DNA of 63,788 nt, filler included, from Reclinomonas americana ATCC 50394 (GCA_048213135.1; 5 parts of 4 records of this genome joined end to end with filler, not necessarily neighbours in it), one strand, 5' to 3'. Counted from the first letter of the whole stretch, positions 1 to 12,920 are shown. Translations and numbers: made by a program. The notes: a model not told the origin generated them from the sequence alone.

Positions 1-3000
1 GAGAGAGAGAGAGAGTGAAGGATGGAAAGAGAATAGCATGCCTCCCCATTACTCCTTTTCGTCACGCAACTCTCTTTCGCAGCAAAAGACGTCGTGACGA
101 CAAGGTACGTGAGCACGGCGACGGCAATACCAATCTTGCCAATGTCGGTGGCCAGCTTCGTCAGCTTCTTCTGCAACGGCGTGTCTTCCGGTTCGGCCTC
201 GTCAATGAGGAAAATCAGGCGGCCGTATTCGGTCGACGTTCCGACAGCGGCCGCCAAGAATTCACCACTGCCAGTCGACACCTGCACGACCAAGGTGATG
301 ATGAGGGGACGGAAACAGGCGTGGATGATGGGGTCAGCAAAGACTACGCAACAGCTGTGCCAGCCAACATAATGGGGCGACTTGCGCTCTTCTTCACGGG
401 TGCGTTTTCGCCAGTCATCGACGCCTCGTTGATGTTGAGATCTGCAACAATAATAGCACAAGAGTGTTAGTGAACAAACAGAGACGAGACTCTCTCATTC
501 TCAGGCCACACGCTCACCGTTGCCCTCAATAAAGAAGCCGTCGCACGGCACCTCGGAACCCGTGCTGAGGACAACAATGTCGCCTGCCACCACTTGGTAG
601 ATCGAGATTGGCTTGATTTCGCCGTCTCGTTTCACCCTGACGTCGCGATCCTCCTTGACCTTGTTGAGGGCGGCAAACTGTCGGTCCTTGCTCCAGTTCT
701 GAATGGAGCCGACCGACGCCACCACCACGACGGCGGCCATAATGGCCACGCCTTCAATCCAGCCGTTTTCCTCGCTGGAGAGGAAGAGACCGAAGAGGAG
801 GGAGACAATGGCGGCCACAATCTGTGTAAGGGAGAGAAAAGGACGTGGGTGAGGGTGGGAGAAAGAGAGAGAGGGGGGAGAGGGAGAGGAGGAGGGGGAG
901 GGAGGGGGAGGGAGAGGAGGGAGGGAGGGGGAGGGAGAGAGAGGAGGAGGGAGGGGAGAGAGAGGAGGAGGAGGAGGAGGAGAGGAGGGAGGAGGAGGGG
1001 AGGGGGAGGGAGGAGGAGGGAAGGGGGAGGGGAGGAGGGAGGGAGGGGGGNNNNNNNNNNNNNNNNNNNNNNNNNNNNNNNNNNNNNNNNNNNNNNNNNN
1101 NNNNNNNNNNNNNNNNNNNNNNNNNNNNNNNNNNNNNNNNNNNNNNNNNNNNNNNNNNNNNNNNNNNNNNNNNNNNNNNNNNNNNNNNNNNNNNNNNNNN
1201 NNNNNNNNNNNNNNNNNNNNNNNNNNNNNNNNNNNNNNNNNNNNNNNNNNNNNNNNNNNNNNNNNNNNNNNNNNNNNNNNNNNNNNNNNNNNNNNNNNNN
1301 NNNNNNNNNNNNNNNNNNNNNNNNNNNNNNNNNNNNNNNNNNNNNNNNNNNNNNNNNNNNNNNNNNNNNNNNNNNNNNNNNNNNNNNNNNNNNNNNNNNN
1401 NNNNNNNNNNNNNNNNNNNNNNNNNNNNNNNNNNNNNNNNNNNNNNNNNNNNNNNNNNNNNNNNNGAGGAAGAGGCATAGTAAAGAGAGATGAAGAGTGA
1501 GACACAACCAGTGTGCATCCCGTGTTTCTCCCTTTGTCTCACCAGAATAATAATGATTTCATCATTCAGCGCGTCCAGCAAGTGCGCAAAGTACGATTTC
1601 AGCTTCTTTGGTGGCAAGCGGTTCTCACCAAACCTGTGCGTGTGCGTGTAACATGAGACAAAGAGGCAACGCGTGGGAGGTAAAAGCAAGGAGCACGTAA
1701 AAACGCAACACTGCTTTGCGCTCCGCAATGCCGACAGCATCAGTCGAAGCAAGACCCGTACGCAGGTTCACATGCAGCACATTGGCAAGGCCTTCGGCGC
1801 CACCCATTTGCTGAATGCGTTGTGTGCTGTGTGTGGGTGAAGCAAAAGGTTAGTGAGGGACAGGGGGGGAGGGAGAGGGCAGGGAGAGGGCAGGGAGAGG
1901 GCAGGGAGAGGGGAGAGGGGGGAGGGAGGTGAGAAAGGGTTGAGAACATTGACGGCTTGAGGCGAAGTTATTGTATTCTCAGCGAAAACACGAGCAGGAA
2001 AGGAGATGCGAGGAAACACATCTTCAAAAATGGAGAGGAATGCGTCCTTCGTCAGGTTCGCAAGAGTGAAGGAGAATTGGTCAGAGAGCCCACAGAGCAG
2101 GAGAGGAGGATGAGCTTGCGGAGAAAGAGTGAAGAGGGGCAGGGTCAAAGGAACAGGGCGCATGATGCACAGGGAAAATGCAGTTGTCAAGATCAACAGC
2201 CAAGAAGGCGAAATGAACGAAAGAAGGATAACGGGTCAGAGAGCCCACAGAGCACGAGAGGAGGATGAGCTCGCGGAGGAAGAGTGAAGGGGGGAGGGAA
2301 CGCATGATAGGGAACAAACGAATGAATGCCAAACACCATTCGAGAGGAGAAGAGAGCGCGGTCACGAGTCAAGAAGGCGAAATGATCACGAGTGAAGGAG
2401 AATGGGTCAGAGAGCCCGTAGAGCAGGATAGGAGATGAGGGTGGAAGGAGTGCGGCACGAACGAGAGAGGAGAAGGCCCACAAAGATGTAACTCGGTGCA
2501 CAATCTCCCAAAATCCCCCCTTCGCAAATCACGAAGAAGCAGCAGCAGAGGAGAAGGAGCACATGGCGAAAGAATGCCGACGTTCACGAGGAGTGAAATC
2601 ATGTCCTCGTCCTCCCCGCCAAAAGCGACAAACTAATCCCGAAACAACACACGCGGCACGCATAATCGCACGCGCACCGCGATCGAGATAGGAGCGGAGG
2701 GGGGGAGAGAGAGAGAGGCACACAAGAGAGAGAGGACGCGACATTTCCGACACACAAAAAAACTAAACTGAACGCCCGCTCAGCAGCAGCACCACAAACC
2801 CCGCGGCAAGTGAGAGAAAGAAAGAAGAGCGAGAGAGGGCGAGAGAGCGAGGAGAGAAATGATTCTGTGTGCGACCTCAAATTCGACAATGGCCGCCAAT
2901 TTCCCAGAACGGCAAGTAGGCACACCGCGACGCGCTGGCGATCGCCCCCTCTCTCTCCAGCAACACGGAGACACACAACAGTACACGCACAGACTGAGCA

Positions 3001-3304
3001 CAAGAGCACGCGAGAGGAAAGAGCAGACAAGTGGAGTCAAACACATTGATTTGAGGTGTGCGCACACACTTTGCTCTCTTGTGTGCGCACGTGTGTGTTT
3101 GAGATGCGTGTGCGCGTGTATGTGTGTGTGAGAGAGCGCAACTCTCGATCCTTGATAATCGCCATGAGCGTCTCCTTCAACATGGGGTCGAAGCGCCCAT
3201 TGGACGACTCAGCCTACACAACGCAAACGTGTGAGCAAACACACACACACAACACAAGCGCGCTCACAAGAGTGCTCAACACGCACCATATCGACGGTCG
3301 TCAT
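1..3304 (-). CDS. P-type IIB Ca2+-transporting ATPase (PMCA-like), 5' part, spliced; runs off the window start
   Basis: Spliced exons give MTTVDM|AESSNGRFDPMLKETLMAIIKDR|DTQRIQQMGGAEGLANVLHVNLRTGL..ERKAV|FGENRLPPKKLKSYFAHLLDALNDEIIIIL|IVAAIVSLLFG..GWIEGVAI..NWSKDRQFAAL..VAGDIVVLSTGSEVPCDGFF|DLNINEASMTGE..TPLQKKLTKLATDIGKIG. These are typical PMCA N-terminal, TM1-2 and actuator motifs. ATG at 3304; about 1.3 kb intron at 1827-3142. Confidence 0.93.
2068..2450. repeat. Three diverged ~160-bp tandem repeats inside the PMCA intron
   Basis: Motif GGTCAGAGAGCCC(A/G)(C/T)AGAGCA recurs near 2080, 2234 and 2405. Confidence 0.85.
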
Positions 3305-4140
3305 TCTTTACACAGTCCTCTGCTCGGTGTGCACACACACAAATCGAGCGAGTCTGATTATTCGAGTACGCTCTCTCTGCCCTGCTCACTCGCACTCACA
3401 GACACAAGACACTAACGTGTGCGTGTGGGTGCGCGTGAATGTGGAGATGAGAGAAGACGGTTCACACACGCGCAAAAGCTGCAAAAGCTACAAATGCGAC
3501 AACGGCTGACGTTTCGGTCGATGCGGTGGATGTCTGAATGCGAGATAATTCCGGCTTGCGGAAGCAGGTGCAAACGGGTACAACGCCAGTTCCATTCTGA
3601 TTATCTCCTTTACTGAGCTTCGGAATGGGAGTCGAGATGGCGCGGAAAGGTGGGGGAAAACCGGATTGTCATTTCTCCTCCAGTTCGAATTCGAATTCTC
3701 AGGGGGAATGCAAGTCGAGAAGAAAAGTGCATGCACCAGGTGATCAGGTCTATGGCCTGGTTGGCGGAGTCCGGGTCCTTGTTTTGCAATTGCGAATTCG
3801 AAGTCGGCGTTTTCCATTCGGCAACAACAATTCATCAACAATCACCAACAAAAACAACTAACTCAAACAGCAACACAGCTGCATGATGATCACCATCTTG
3901 AGTTTGCACCAGAAACTCAGACATCACGGAAAAAAGCGAGAAAAAGTCGAGATGGCTTTGGCGATCTGGTAGATGCTCATTGTTGTGTATGGATCAGTGA
4001 TGTTTCTATTATTAATGCTGGCGGTTCTGCAAGAGAAACCACGGCTCGTGACAAGCATGGATTTGACGCCGAATTCCACAAAGGAAACGAGAAAGATAGC
4101 AAGAGGTGTTGGTGTCAGAACACATAGGGAAAACCAACAA

Positions 4141-4722
4141 AGCCAGTGCGTCAAATCCACTGGTCAACCACGCTTGCGGTGAAGATCGCAGTACTNNNNN
4201 NNNNNNNNNNNNNNNTTGTTAAAAAGGCAACGTGCAAGTAAGTCCGGGAAGGAGCTGAGGTGTAGTTGAGAAACAAGCAACAGCTGTCTTGATGGGGTCT
4301 TGATGACCAAGTTCAACCGTTTCCAAAACATCAACACAGACACCAATCTTGAGGCAGCACATTTCTCGAGCGTGTGCGTGTTCGAATTCGCTCTCGGAGC
4401 TCCGAACAAGTCGAGAACTTCGATCTTCACCGCACAAGCGTGGTTGAACAGTGGATTAAACGCACTTGCATAGACGCATAGCGTTTTCTGCGATCGTACA
4501 CGGCACATCGAATTCGGGAAAAGGCCATACGCCAGGCAAACAAAGCAAAAAAACTGTCCGGATCCGTGAATTCGAAGCGTGGTTGAACTGTGGACACCTG
4601 CATAGACAGACGCATGGAACTTTCTGTGATCGTATTACACGGCACATCCAATCTCGGGAAAGGCCGTGTAGCCAGCTGCAGGCAATTGCAATTGCAAACA
4701 AACCGGGTCCAGATCCGTGAAG
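4141..4722. repeat. ~140-bp diverged tandem duplication (4436-4574, 4575-4722) plus an inverted partial copy (4141-4188)
   Basis: AAGCGTGGTTGAAC..GTGGA..GCATAGAC..GATCGT..ACACGGCACATC..GATCCGTGAA occurs twice. TCCACTGGTCAACCACGCTTGCGGTGAAGATCG (4156-4188) is the near reverse complement of 4421-4455. Confidence 0.8.
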
Positions 4723-4881
4723 CAAGGGATTTGCAAAGGTATCGATATGTAGGACGTCTATTCGCGCCTGCGTATTTCAGATCCGGCACCGTAGCTTCCG
4801 TTCCGCACTTACGAATGGCCTCTCAAGTCGCAAACCGGTGAAATTTCACCCACTCCGATCACATATCCCCACCCGCGAGCC

Positions 4882-7800
4882 ATGGCGACCAAGACGACGA
4901 AGCGCAAGAAGATTGGCAAATGTTGCGTGGCACTCACACACTCACTCTCTCACTCTTGCTCTCTCTTGCGGTCTTTAGTGGCGGACGATGGCGCCATGAC
5001 ACGCACCCGAAAAAAAGCACACACCAGCAGTCACACACACTCGCAAGACAGAGAGTGCTGTGTCTCCACGTGTGCCACCACTGAGAGAGCAAGAGAGTGT
5101 CAGAGTGAGTGCACTTGTCACACTCCGCACGCGTTGATCAATTGAACAAACGCACACAGTGCACACACACACTCTCTCTCTCACACACACAGACACAGTG
5201 AGCAAGAGAAAGACACGCACACACAGAGGAATGCGCGTGTGCGTGTGCGTGCGTGCGTGCGTGAGTGATGAGTGACATGGCGTTTTTCTTCTTCTTTTTG
5301 TCTCTCACGCGTGAATTCCCCGCTCTTTTGTTTGTTTTGTTGTCGCAGATATCCTCGGCGAGAAGCTTGGCGAAGGCACCTTCTCGGTCGTGCGCGCTGC
5401 GGAGGTAATGTGTGATTGATTGTGTGTGTGTACAAGTGCGCCACTGTCATTTCAGTGATGAGTGCAAGTCATTCACAGGCGCTGTCACTCAGTGCTCTCT
5501 CTCTCTCTCACTCACACACACTCTCTCTGTTGCACTCTCACTCTTACTCAGTCGCTGCATTCATAGCAGACAGTCACGCCCACTACTCAATCTCCCTGTT
5601 TCTGTTTCCTGACTCCTTCGTCTCTCTCTCGCTTGCACACACACACTCTCTCTCTCACTCTTGCACTCTCTCCCTCTCTCTCACACACACTCAAGTATTG
5701 CATTCACAGCAGTCGGTCGCGCCCACTACTCAATCTCCCTGTTTCTGTTTCCTGACTCCTTCGTCACTCTCTCGCACATACTCTCTCCCTCTCTCTCACT
5801 CTCTCTCTCCCTCTCTCTCACACACACTCAAGTATTGCATTCACAGCAGTCGGCCACGCCCGCAANNNNNNNNNNNNNNNNNNNNNNNNNNNNNNNNNNN
5901 NNNNNNNNNNNNNNNNNNNNNNNNNNNNNNNNNNNNNNNNNNNNNNNNNNNNNNNNNNNNNNNNNNNNNNNNNNNNNNNNNNNNNNNNNNNNNNNNNNNN
6001 NNNNNNNNNNNNNNNNNNNNNNNNNNNNNNNNNNNNNNNNNNNNNNNNNNNNNNNNNNNNNNNNNNNNNNNNNNNNNNNNNNNNNNNNNNNNNNNNNNNN
6101 NNNNNNNNNNNNNNNNNNNNNNNNNNNNNNNNNNNNNNNNNNNNNNNNNNNNNNNNNNNNNNNNNNNNNNNNNNNNNNNNNNNNNNNNNNNNNNNNNNNN
6201 NNNNNNNNNNNNNNNNNNNNNNNNNNNNNNNNNNNNNNNNNNNNNNNNNNNNNNNNNNNNNNNNNNNNNNNNNNNNNNNNNNNNNNNNNNNNNNNNNNNN
6301 NNNNNNNNNNNNNNNNNNNNNNNNNNNNNNNNNNNNNNNNNNNNNNNNNNNNNNNNNNNNNNNNNNNNNNNNNNNNNNNNNNNNNNNNNNNNNNNNNNNN
6401 NNNNNNNNNNNNNNNNNNNNNNNNNNNNNNNNNNNNNNNNNNNNNNNNNNNNNNNNNNNNNNNNNNNNNNNNNNNNNNNNNNNNNNNNNNNNNNNNNNNN
6501 NNNNNNNNNNNNNNNNNNNNNNNNNNNNNNNNNNNNNNNNNNNNNNNNNNNNNNNNNNNNNNNNNNNNNNNNNNNNNNNNNNNNNNNNNNNNNNNNNNNN
6601 NNNNNNNNNNNNNNNNNNNNNNNNNNNNNNNNNNNNNNNNNNNNNNNNNNNNNNNNNNNNNNNNNNNNNNNNNNNNNNNNNNNNNNNNNNNNNNNNNNNN
6701 NNNNNNNNNNNNNNNNNNNNNNNNNNNNNNNNNNNNNNNNNNNNNNNNNNNNNNNNNNNNNNNNNNNNNNNNNNNNNNNNAAGAGGGAGTAGAGAGAGTA
6801 GAGAGAGAAGACGGAGAAGAGGGAGTAGAGGGAGTAGAGAGGAGAAGAGGGAGAAGGAGGGGGAGAGGGAAGGTTAAGAAAGGAAGGATGATGAGCACGA
6901 GGTGTTGGGAGGAGGAGGAGCGAGGAAATTGAGTGCAAGAAGGACGAGAAGGTGGCATTCTTTTGTGAGTGAGTGAGTGTCTCCACATCAACCGTTTGCG
7001 ATGTGGTTTGATTCTGCAAGTGAGTGTCTCCACATCAACCTTTTGCGATGTGGACTGATTCTGTGATTGAGTGGGATCTCCACATTGATCTCTGCGGCGT
7101 GGCATTGTTCTTGTGAGTGAGCGTCTCCACGTCGTTCCTCTGCGATGTGGCATTGTTCTGTGAGTGAGTTGTCGACACACCGATCCTCTTCGGTGTGTCG
7201 TAGTCCTGTGAGTGAGTGCGTTTCGCCGCATCCATTCTTTTCGATATGGCATTGCTCTGCGAGTGGTTTTCTCCGCACGATTTTCTGCAGTGTGACTTGG
7301 TGCACCGAGAGTTGTGATTTTCTCCACTTGATTCTCTGCGATGTGGCTTTGTTCTCTCTGTCAGTCAGTGGTCGACACAACGATCTTGATCGGCGTGGCA
7401 TTGTCCTGCGAGTGAGTGGTTGTCGCCACATCCATTCTTTGCGACGTGACATGGTTGAGTGAGTGTCTCCACGTCGATCCTCTGCGAGATGGACTGGTTC
7501 TGTGTGAGTGTCTCCACGTTGTGTGGCATGATGTTGCGAGTGAGTGAGTTGTCTCCACACCCGTCCTTGGCGATGTGGCGTGGTTTCGCGAGTGAGTGAT
7601 CTTCAGAGATCTAAGAAGGCAGACGGAATGGTGTGGTGGGGAAGGACCACCACCTCCCCTCCCCTTTCCCCCCCTCCCCTTTCCCTCTTCAGAGATTTAA
7701 GAAGGCAGGCGGAATGGTGTGGTGGAGAAGTACCATCACCTCCCCTCCCCTTTCCCTCCCCTTCCCTTTCCCTCCCCTTCCCTTTCCCTCCCCTTCCCTT

Positions 7801-8155
7801 TCCCTCCCCTTCCCTTTCCCTCCCCTTCCCTTTCCCTCCCTTCCCCTTTCCCTCCCCTCCCCTTTCCCTCACCACCTCCCTTTCCCTCATTGCAGGTCAA
7901 GTGCACTCGCGTCGCACCGCGCCTGCTCACCTTCTCGTGCCACGTGATTCCCACCGTCTCTCGCCGTCTCTCCATGGTCGACGTGCGTCGTGGAAAGGTA
8001 AAGTGCACCTGGTCGCCTCTTCTCCCCTCTTTATTGCTTGACTCACACTTCTCATCTCAAAGGGCGATCGTCTCGAGTTCAACGACGTGTACCGCGAGAT
8101 GGTGCAAGCACTCGGCGAGTTGACGGGCGAGGGCGCAGCGAGTGGCTCCAAGTAA
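4882..8155 (+). CDS. CIPK/SnRK3-like Ser/Thr protein kinase; N- and C-terminal exons visible, catalytic core in N-gap
   Basis: MATKTTKRKKIGK|YILGEKLGEGTFSVVRAAE is kinase subdomain I. C-terminal exons VKCTRVAPRLLTFSCHVIPTVSRRLSMVDVRRGK|GDRLEFNDVYREMVQALG..SK* resemble the CIPK C-terminal KA1-like domain (MVEVRKxKGDTLEF). Confidence 0.72.
5545..5864. repeat. ~135-bp intronic tandem repeat (2.5+ copies, truncated by gap)
   Basis: TGCATTCA(T/C)AGCAG..CGCCCACTACTCAATCTCCCTGTTTCTGTTTCCTGACTCCTTCGTC is repeated. Confidence 0.85.
6960..7600. repeat. ~55-60-bp diverged minisatellite (about 10 copies) in kinase intron
   Basis: GTGAGTGAGTGTCTCCAC...TGCGATGTGGCATTG unit recurs with about 60-bp period. 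Confidence 0.85.
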
Positions 8156-8866
8156 CTCCCCTCCAACCCCGACCAGAATTCGCTTTTTCCTCCCCTTCTC
8201 CATGTGTTTGTTCTTCTCCTCCTTGTACGTCTGCGAAGCAGCACCCGCTCCCACCAGCGGGATTTCCCCTTTCTTTTTCCCTCACACTCCTTTGTAAAAG
8301 TCGAAAGGAAATGCTTCTCCAAGCCAAGGTACAGTTGTCGACCTGTGGCAAGATCGAATGCCGACAAGTGGCGAGGTCAGGTTCAGGCCGAAGCTGAATG
8401 CCAAGACGTGTCGCGATGCAGATGCCGATCGCGATCAAAGGCACTGGCACAGATGCCATCGGTGGCGAATATTCGAAGGGATAACAATAGTCCGGTGCTG
8501 ATCTTCAGTGGTAAACGTGCCGCAGCTGCGTATCGTCGCTGAAGCATTTTGCGCCATGAAGTCCTAGGCCTGGACCACGTGCGCTTGCTTTGCCTCCTGA
8601 AAGGGAAGATGAATGTTTGTTGAAGAAAAATGGTAGTTTGTGCCTTGGTCATTGTCGGCAAGGGATTGGTGGGCGTTTAGAATGTGGTGAATGAAGTGTT
8701 CTTCTTTGCAAAGTCGATGTGCGGAACAATCCAAGGTCGATATCGACTCTCAAAACTGAAATCATGCAGGGATCGATCTGCACGTTTCCTTTATCCTGTT
8801 CGTGTGTCACCTCTATAACAAGCAGGCTTCCATGGCAGCGCGCCAAACATACAAAACAAACAAACA

Positions 8867-8924
8867 ACGTCATCGCCTCGAAATTTCGGCTGAAAACACG
8901 TGGCGTCTCGTGTGACACGTGGCG
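8867..8924 (+). promoter_or_regulatory. Candidate bZIP/UPR-element cluster upstream of GRP94
   Basis: ACGTCAT at 8867 and two ACACGTGGCG copies at 8896 and 8915 (CCACGT core on the minus strand), 150-200 bp before the ATG of an ER chaperone. Confidence 0.4.
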
Positions 8925-9073
8925 CGACACACTGAAATTCCGCAGCTCCTGTCTACTTTTCATTGTTTTTCGCCGCAGATCGAGAGAGGAACAGACGTTG
9001 CGTCACACTTACCATCCAGCACACACAAGCCTCTCTATTAATGCTCATCCCCTTTGCTTGTGTAGACGCACAA

Positions 9074-11173
9074 ATGAGACGGTGGACAGTGTACTTTGCG
9101 CTTCTTGCGCTTCTGCTGCTGACGGCGTCGGCGCTGATGGCTGCGGTGCGCGCCAGCGACGATGAGGACACGGAGGAGGATGCCGATGACTCACCATCAC
9201 CAAAGGTGGAGGAGGAGGAGGAGGAGGAGGCGCCGGCCGCCCCGGCCGCCGCCGGAAAGAAGAAGGCGATTGACGACACGGAGTTGGATGTTGCGTCACC
9301 ACACACTTTTCTTGCACTTTTGCGTCATCAACTTTGTTTTTTTTTAATGTTTGTTTGTTTGTTGCTGCGTAGGTGATTGAGTCGGTCAAGGCGACTGGTG
9401 AGTGCGCGCGCGTGTGTGTGATGACGTGTGACGTGTTTTGTTTTTTGTGTGCGTGCGTGCACATTTCGTGCTTTGGTTTTTTGTTTTGGTTTTTTTGTTT
9501 CTCCTCTCCTCCCCTGCGCACTCTCTTTCCGCACCACTGCGCGCGCTCGTCTGCGTTTCTCCGTGTGTGTCGGAGGGGTGTGCATGTCACGCGTGTGTTT
9601 TTTTTTGCTTGCCATGTTGGGGCGACAACTGACTCTTTGTTGCCTCTCTCGTGTTTGCGTGGTGCAGGCGAGACGCACGGCTTCAACACCGATGTCAGCG
9701 TTGCGTAACCACACTTGTCGTCGGAAATAGCCGAGTTGTCTTGCGCGGGAAATTGCTGACGTGGCACTTGTGCACACACAGCGCATGCTCAACATTATCA
9801 TCAACTCGCTGTACACCAACAAGGAGATTTTCCTCCGTGAGCTCATCTCCAACGGTGAGAAGCAGCCCCTCTTTCGTTCTTTTCTCTTTTGTTTTTGCTC
9901 ATCTCTTTATATCACAGCGAGTGACGCTCTCGACAAGGCCCGCTACCTGGTGCTGACCGAGAAGGAGAAGATTGTCGACCCGAACCTCGAGTACGAGATT
10001 CGCGTGAGTCACTCCTCCCTCACTCCTTCCCTCCCCTCCCATTTGCCACTTGTGTATTCACTTCTGTGCAGATCCAACCCGATCCGGAGCACAAGATGCT
10101 GCACATCACCGATACTGGTGTCGGCATGACCAAGGACGAGCTCATTGCCAACCTCGGTACCATTGCGCAGTCTGGCACTCGCAGTTGCGTCTCTCTCTCT
10201 CGCTCGCTCCCCTCCACAAAGTTTCCCTTTCCCTCATTACTACATCCCGACAGACTTCCTCGACAAGATGAAGGACGGTGTCGACAACAACCTCATTGGC
10301 CAGTTCGGTGTCGGTTTCTACTCATCGTTCCTGGTCGCCGATCAGGTCACCGTGGCCTCGGTGTCGGCCTACGGCAAGGAGCAGAACATCTGGCAGTCGC
10401 AGGCCGACGGCAAGTTCTCGATTGCTAACGACAAGCGTGGCAACACCCTGAAGCGAGGGTACGTAATTTTGTGTGTCATTGCCGCTCTTCGTAACGTGTG
10501 CGCGCTCACTCTTTCTTTTTTTGTATCCACAGCACCCGCATCTCGCTGCAGCTGAAGGACGACTGCGAGGAGTACCTGCAGGAGGACAAGCTCCGCGATC
10601 TCATTCGCCGCTACTCGGAGTTCATCAACTTCCCGATCTACCTGTACACCTCGAAGGAGGTCGAGAAGGAGGTGGAGCTGGAGGAGCCGGAGAAGGTGTG
10701 TGTCTCGGGTGACAGAATCAATGATTTCAGTGCGCTTACAAAAAAGAAAATACCATGCAGCCGCCGAAGCCAGAGAAGTCCGAGGACGAGAAGCCGGAGG
10801 AGGCCGCAGAAGATGACGAAGATGAGGAGGAGGAGGAGGAGGCTGAGGACAAGAAGAAGAGTTTCGTCTTGTGTCATTCACCTCACTGTTGAGATGCGTG
10901 GCTGACATAATCGTCGCGGAAACACAGAGACCAAGACCATCACCGAGACTGTCTACGAGTGGGAGCTTGTGAACGAGAACAAGCCCATCTGGACCCGCAA
11001 CCCGAAGGACGTCGATGAGGCGTTGCGTCTAACTTGCGCCTCTCTCTCTCTCTCTGATCACAACGAACAGCCCTTCTCACTCTGCGCACAACCACAGCGA
11101 GTACAACAAGTTCTTCAAGAACCTGACTCAGGAGACTGAGGCCCCGTCTGCCTTCATCCACTTCAAGGCTGAG
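9074..11173 (+). CDS. HSP90B1: Endoplasmin / GRP94 (ER Hsp90), N-terminal half, spliced
   Basis: Signal peptide [124 protein letters not shown]. Confidence 0.97.
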
Positions 11174-12169
11174 GTGAGCTCCTCTCTCTCTCTCTCTCTC
11201 TNNNNNNNNNNNNNNNNNNNNNNNNNNNNNNNNNNNNNNNNNNNNNNNNNNNNNNNNNNNNNNNNNNNNNNNNNNNNNNNNNNNNNNNNNNNNNNNNNNN
11301 NNNNNNNNNNNNNNNNNNNNNNNNNNNNNNNNNNNNNNNNNNNNNNNNNNNNNNNNNNNNNNNNNNNNNNNNNNNNNNNNNNNNNNNNNNNNNNNNNNNN
11401 NNNNNNNNNNNNNNNNNNNNNNNNNNNNNNNNNNNNNNNNNNNNNNNNNNNNNNNNNNNNNNNNNNNNNNNNNNNNNNNNNNNNNNNNNNNNNNNNNNNN
11501 NNNNNNNNNNNNNNNNNNNNNNNNNNNNNNNNNNNNNNNNNNNNNNNNNNNNNNNNNNNNNNNNNNNNNNNNNNNNNNNNNNNNNNNNNNNNNNNNNNNN
11601 NNNNNNNNNNNNNNNNNNNNNNNNNNNNNNNNNNNNNNNNNNNNNNNNNNNNNNNNNNNNNNNNNNNNNNNNNNNNNNNNNNNNNNNNNNNNNNNNNNNN
11701 NNNNNNNNNNNNNNNNNNNNNNNNNNNNNNNNNNNNNNNNNNNNNNNNNNNNNNNNNNNNNNNNNNNNNNNNNNNNNNNNNNNNNNNNNNNNNNNNNNNN
11801 NNNNNNNNNNNNNNNNNNNNNNNNNNNNNNNNNNNNNNNNNNNNNNNNNNNNNNNNNNNNNNNNNNNNNNNNNNNNNNNNNNNNNNNNNNNNNNNNNNNN
11901 NNNNNNNNNNNNNNNNNNACTGCCGGCACTCAACGCAGGTTATGCTCCTCATGTGTCTGCTCTACGTTATACCAGTCTTCTATTCTCTCTTTCCCTTGTC
12001 TACCCCTTCCCTCCCCGCGATGTACCACGCTACGTACACAATGTTCACTTTGCGTTCACAAAGCTACCACATATAAAGAAGAAAACAAGAGACTGTAGAA
12101 CGGGGGAGGGGCGCAAGCTGCGAGGCAAAAAAAATTCGTAAGAAAACCTAGCTAGTGACGAAAAAATGA

Positions 12170-12920
12170 TTACAGCTCGTCCTTGACGTTGCTGTCATCA
12201 TCGTCATCGTCGTCGGCAGCCGAGGCAGCGCCGGCGTCATCGTCGTCGTCACCGTCCTCAGCAGCCTCCTCGGCCTTGACCTCCTCCTTGGTCTCGCCGG
12301 CCGCCGCCTCCTCCTCCTCCTTCTTCTCCTCCTTTGGCGCTGGCTTGAAGCCGGCCATCAGCTCCTCGTTGTTGGCCTCCTCAGCACCCACTGCACATTG
12401 TGAAGGAGGAAAATGTGAGCGCACATGATGACGAGTTAACAGACGCGGCAAAAGAAAAAATGAAAACTCACCCAGGCGGCGGAGCACATCGAGCACCGTG
12501 CTGGCGTACTTGGGCGCGTCGCTCAGCTCGAAGCCGGTCTGGATCGACGCGGTCTCGAACAGCAGCTCAGCCAGTCTGGCCAGCTCCTCATCGTCGGCGT
12601 CGGCCTCGTAGCGGGCCTTCAGCGACTTGATCACAGGGTGCACCGGGTTGACCTCCAGCACCTTGCCACCATGGTACAGGCTGTGAACGCACGTCAGCAA
12701 CATTTCGATGCGGCAGTCTCTTCCTCTTCTGCATGCGTTCAGTACGAAACTCGTAGTCCTTGTCGCGGGCCAGAGCCTGAGCCTTCAAGATGCGCATCAT
12801 GTTGGCCGACACACCGTACTGGCCAGAGAGCAGCAGCGCTGGCTGCGACGAGCGGCGGTGCGACACGTGGACGCGGTCGACCTTGGAGCCGAGCAGCTCC
12901 TTGTACCACTTGATAAAGTC
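12170..12920 (-). CDS. HSP90B1: Endoplasmin / GRP94 C-terminal part ending in KDEL, on the opposite strand
   Basis: GQYGVSANMMRILKAQAL; KVLEVNPVHPVIKSL; LLFETASIQTGF; acidic tail ..NVKDEL*. Confidence 0.93.

Noticed and set aside
501-1507. Long Pro- or Glu/Arg-rich ORFs and X-filled ORFs in the track
   Set aside because: They are translations of purine/pyrimidine microsatellites and N-gaps, apart from the embedded PMCA exon.
1812-2070. Apparent PMCA exon (..SIFED..PQAVNVLN) requiring a non-canonical CC-AG intron
   Set aside because: A canonical solution exists: exon 3143-3214 splices in phase to 1826, giving IIKDRDTQRIQQMGG, so this stretch is intronic.
6960-7600. CRISPR-like regular repeat
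   Set aside because: Whole units diverge, there are no unique spacers or cas genes, and it sits in a eukaryotic intron.
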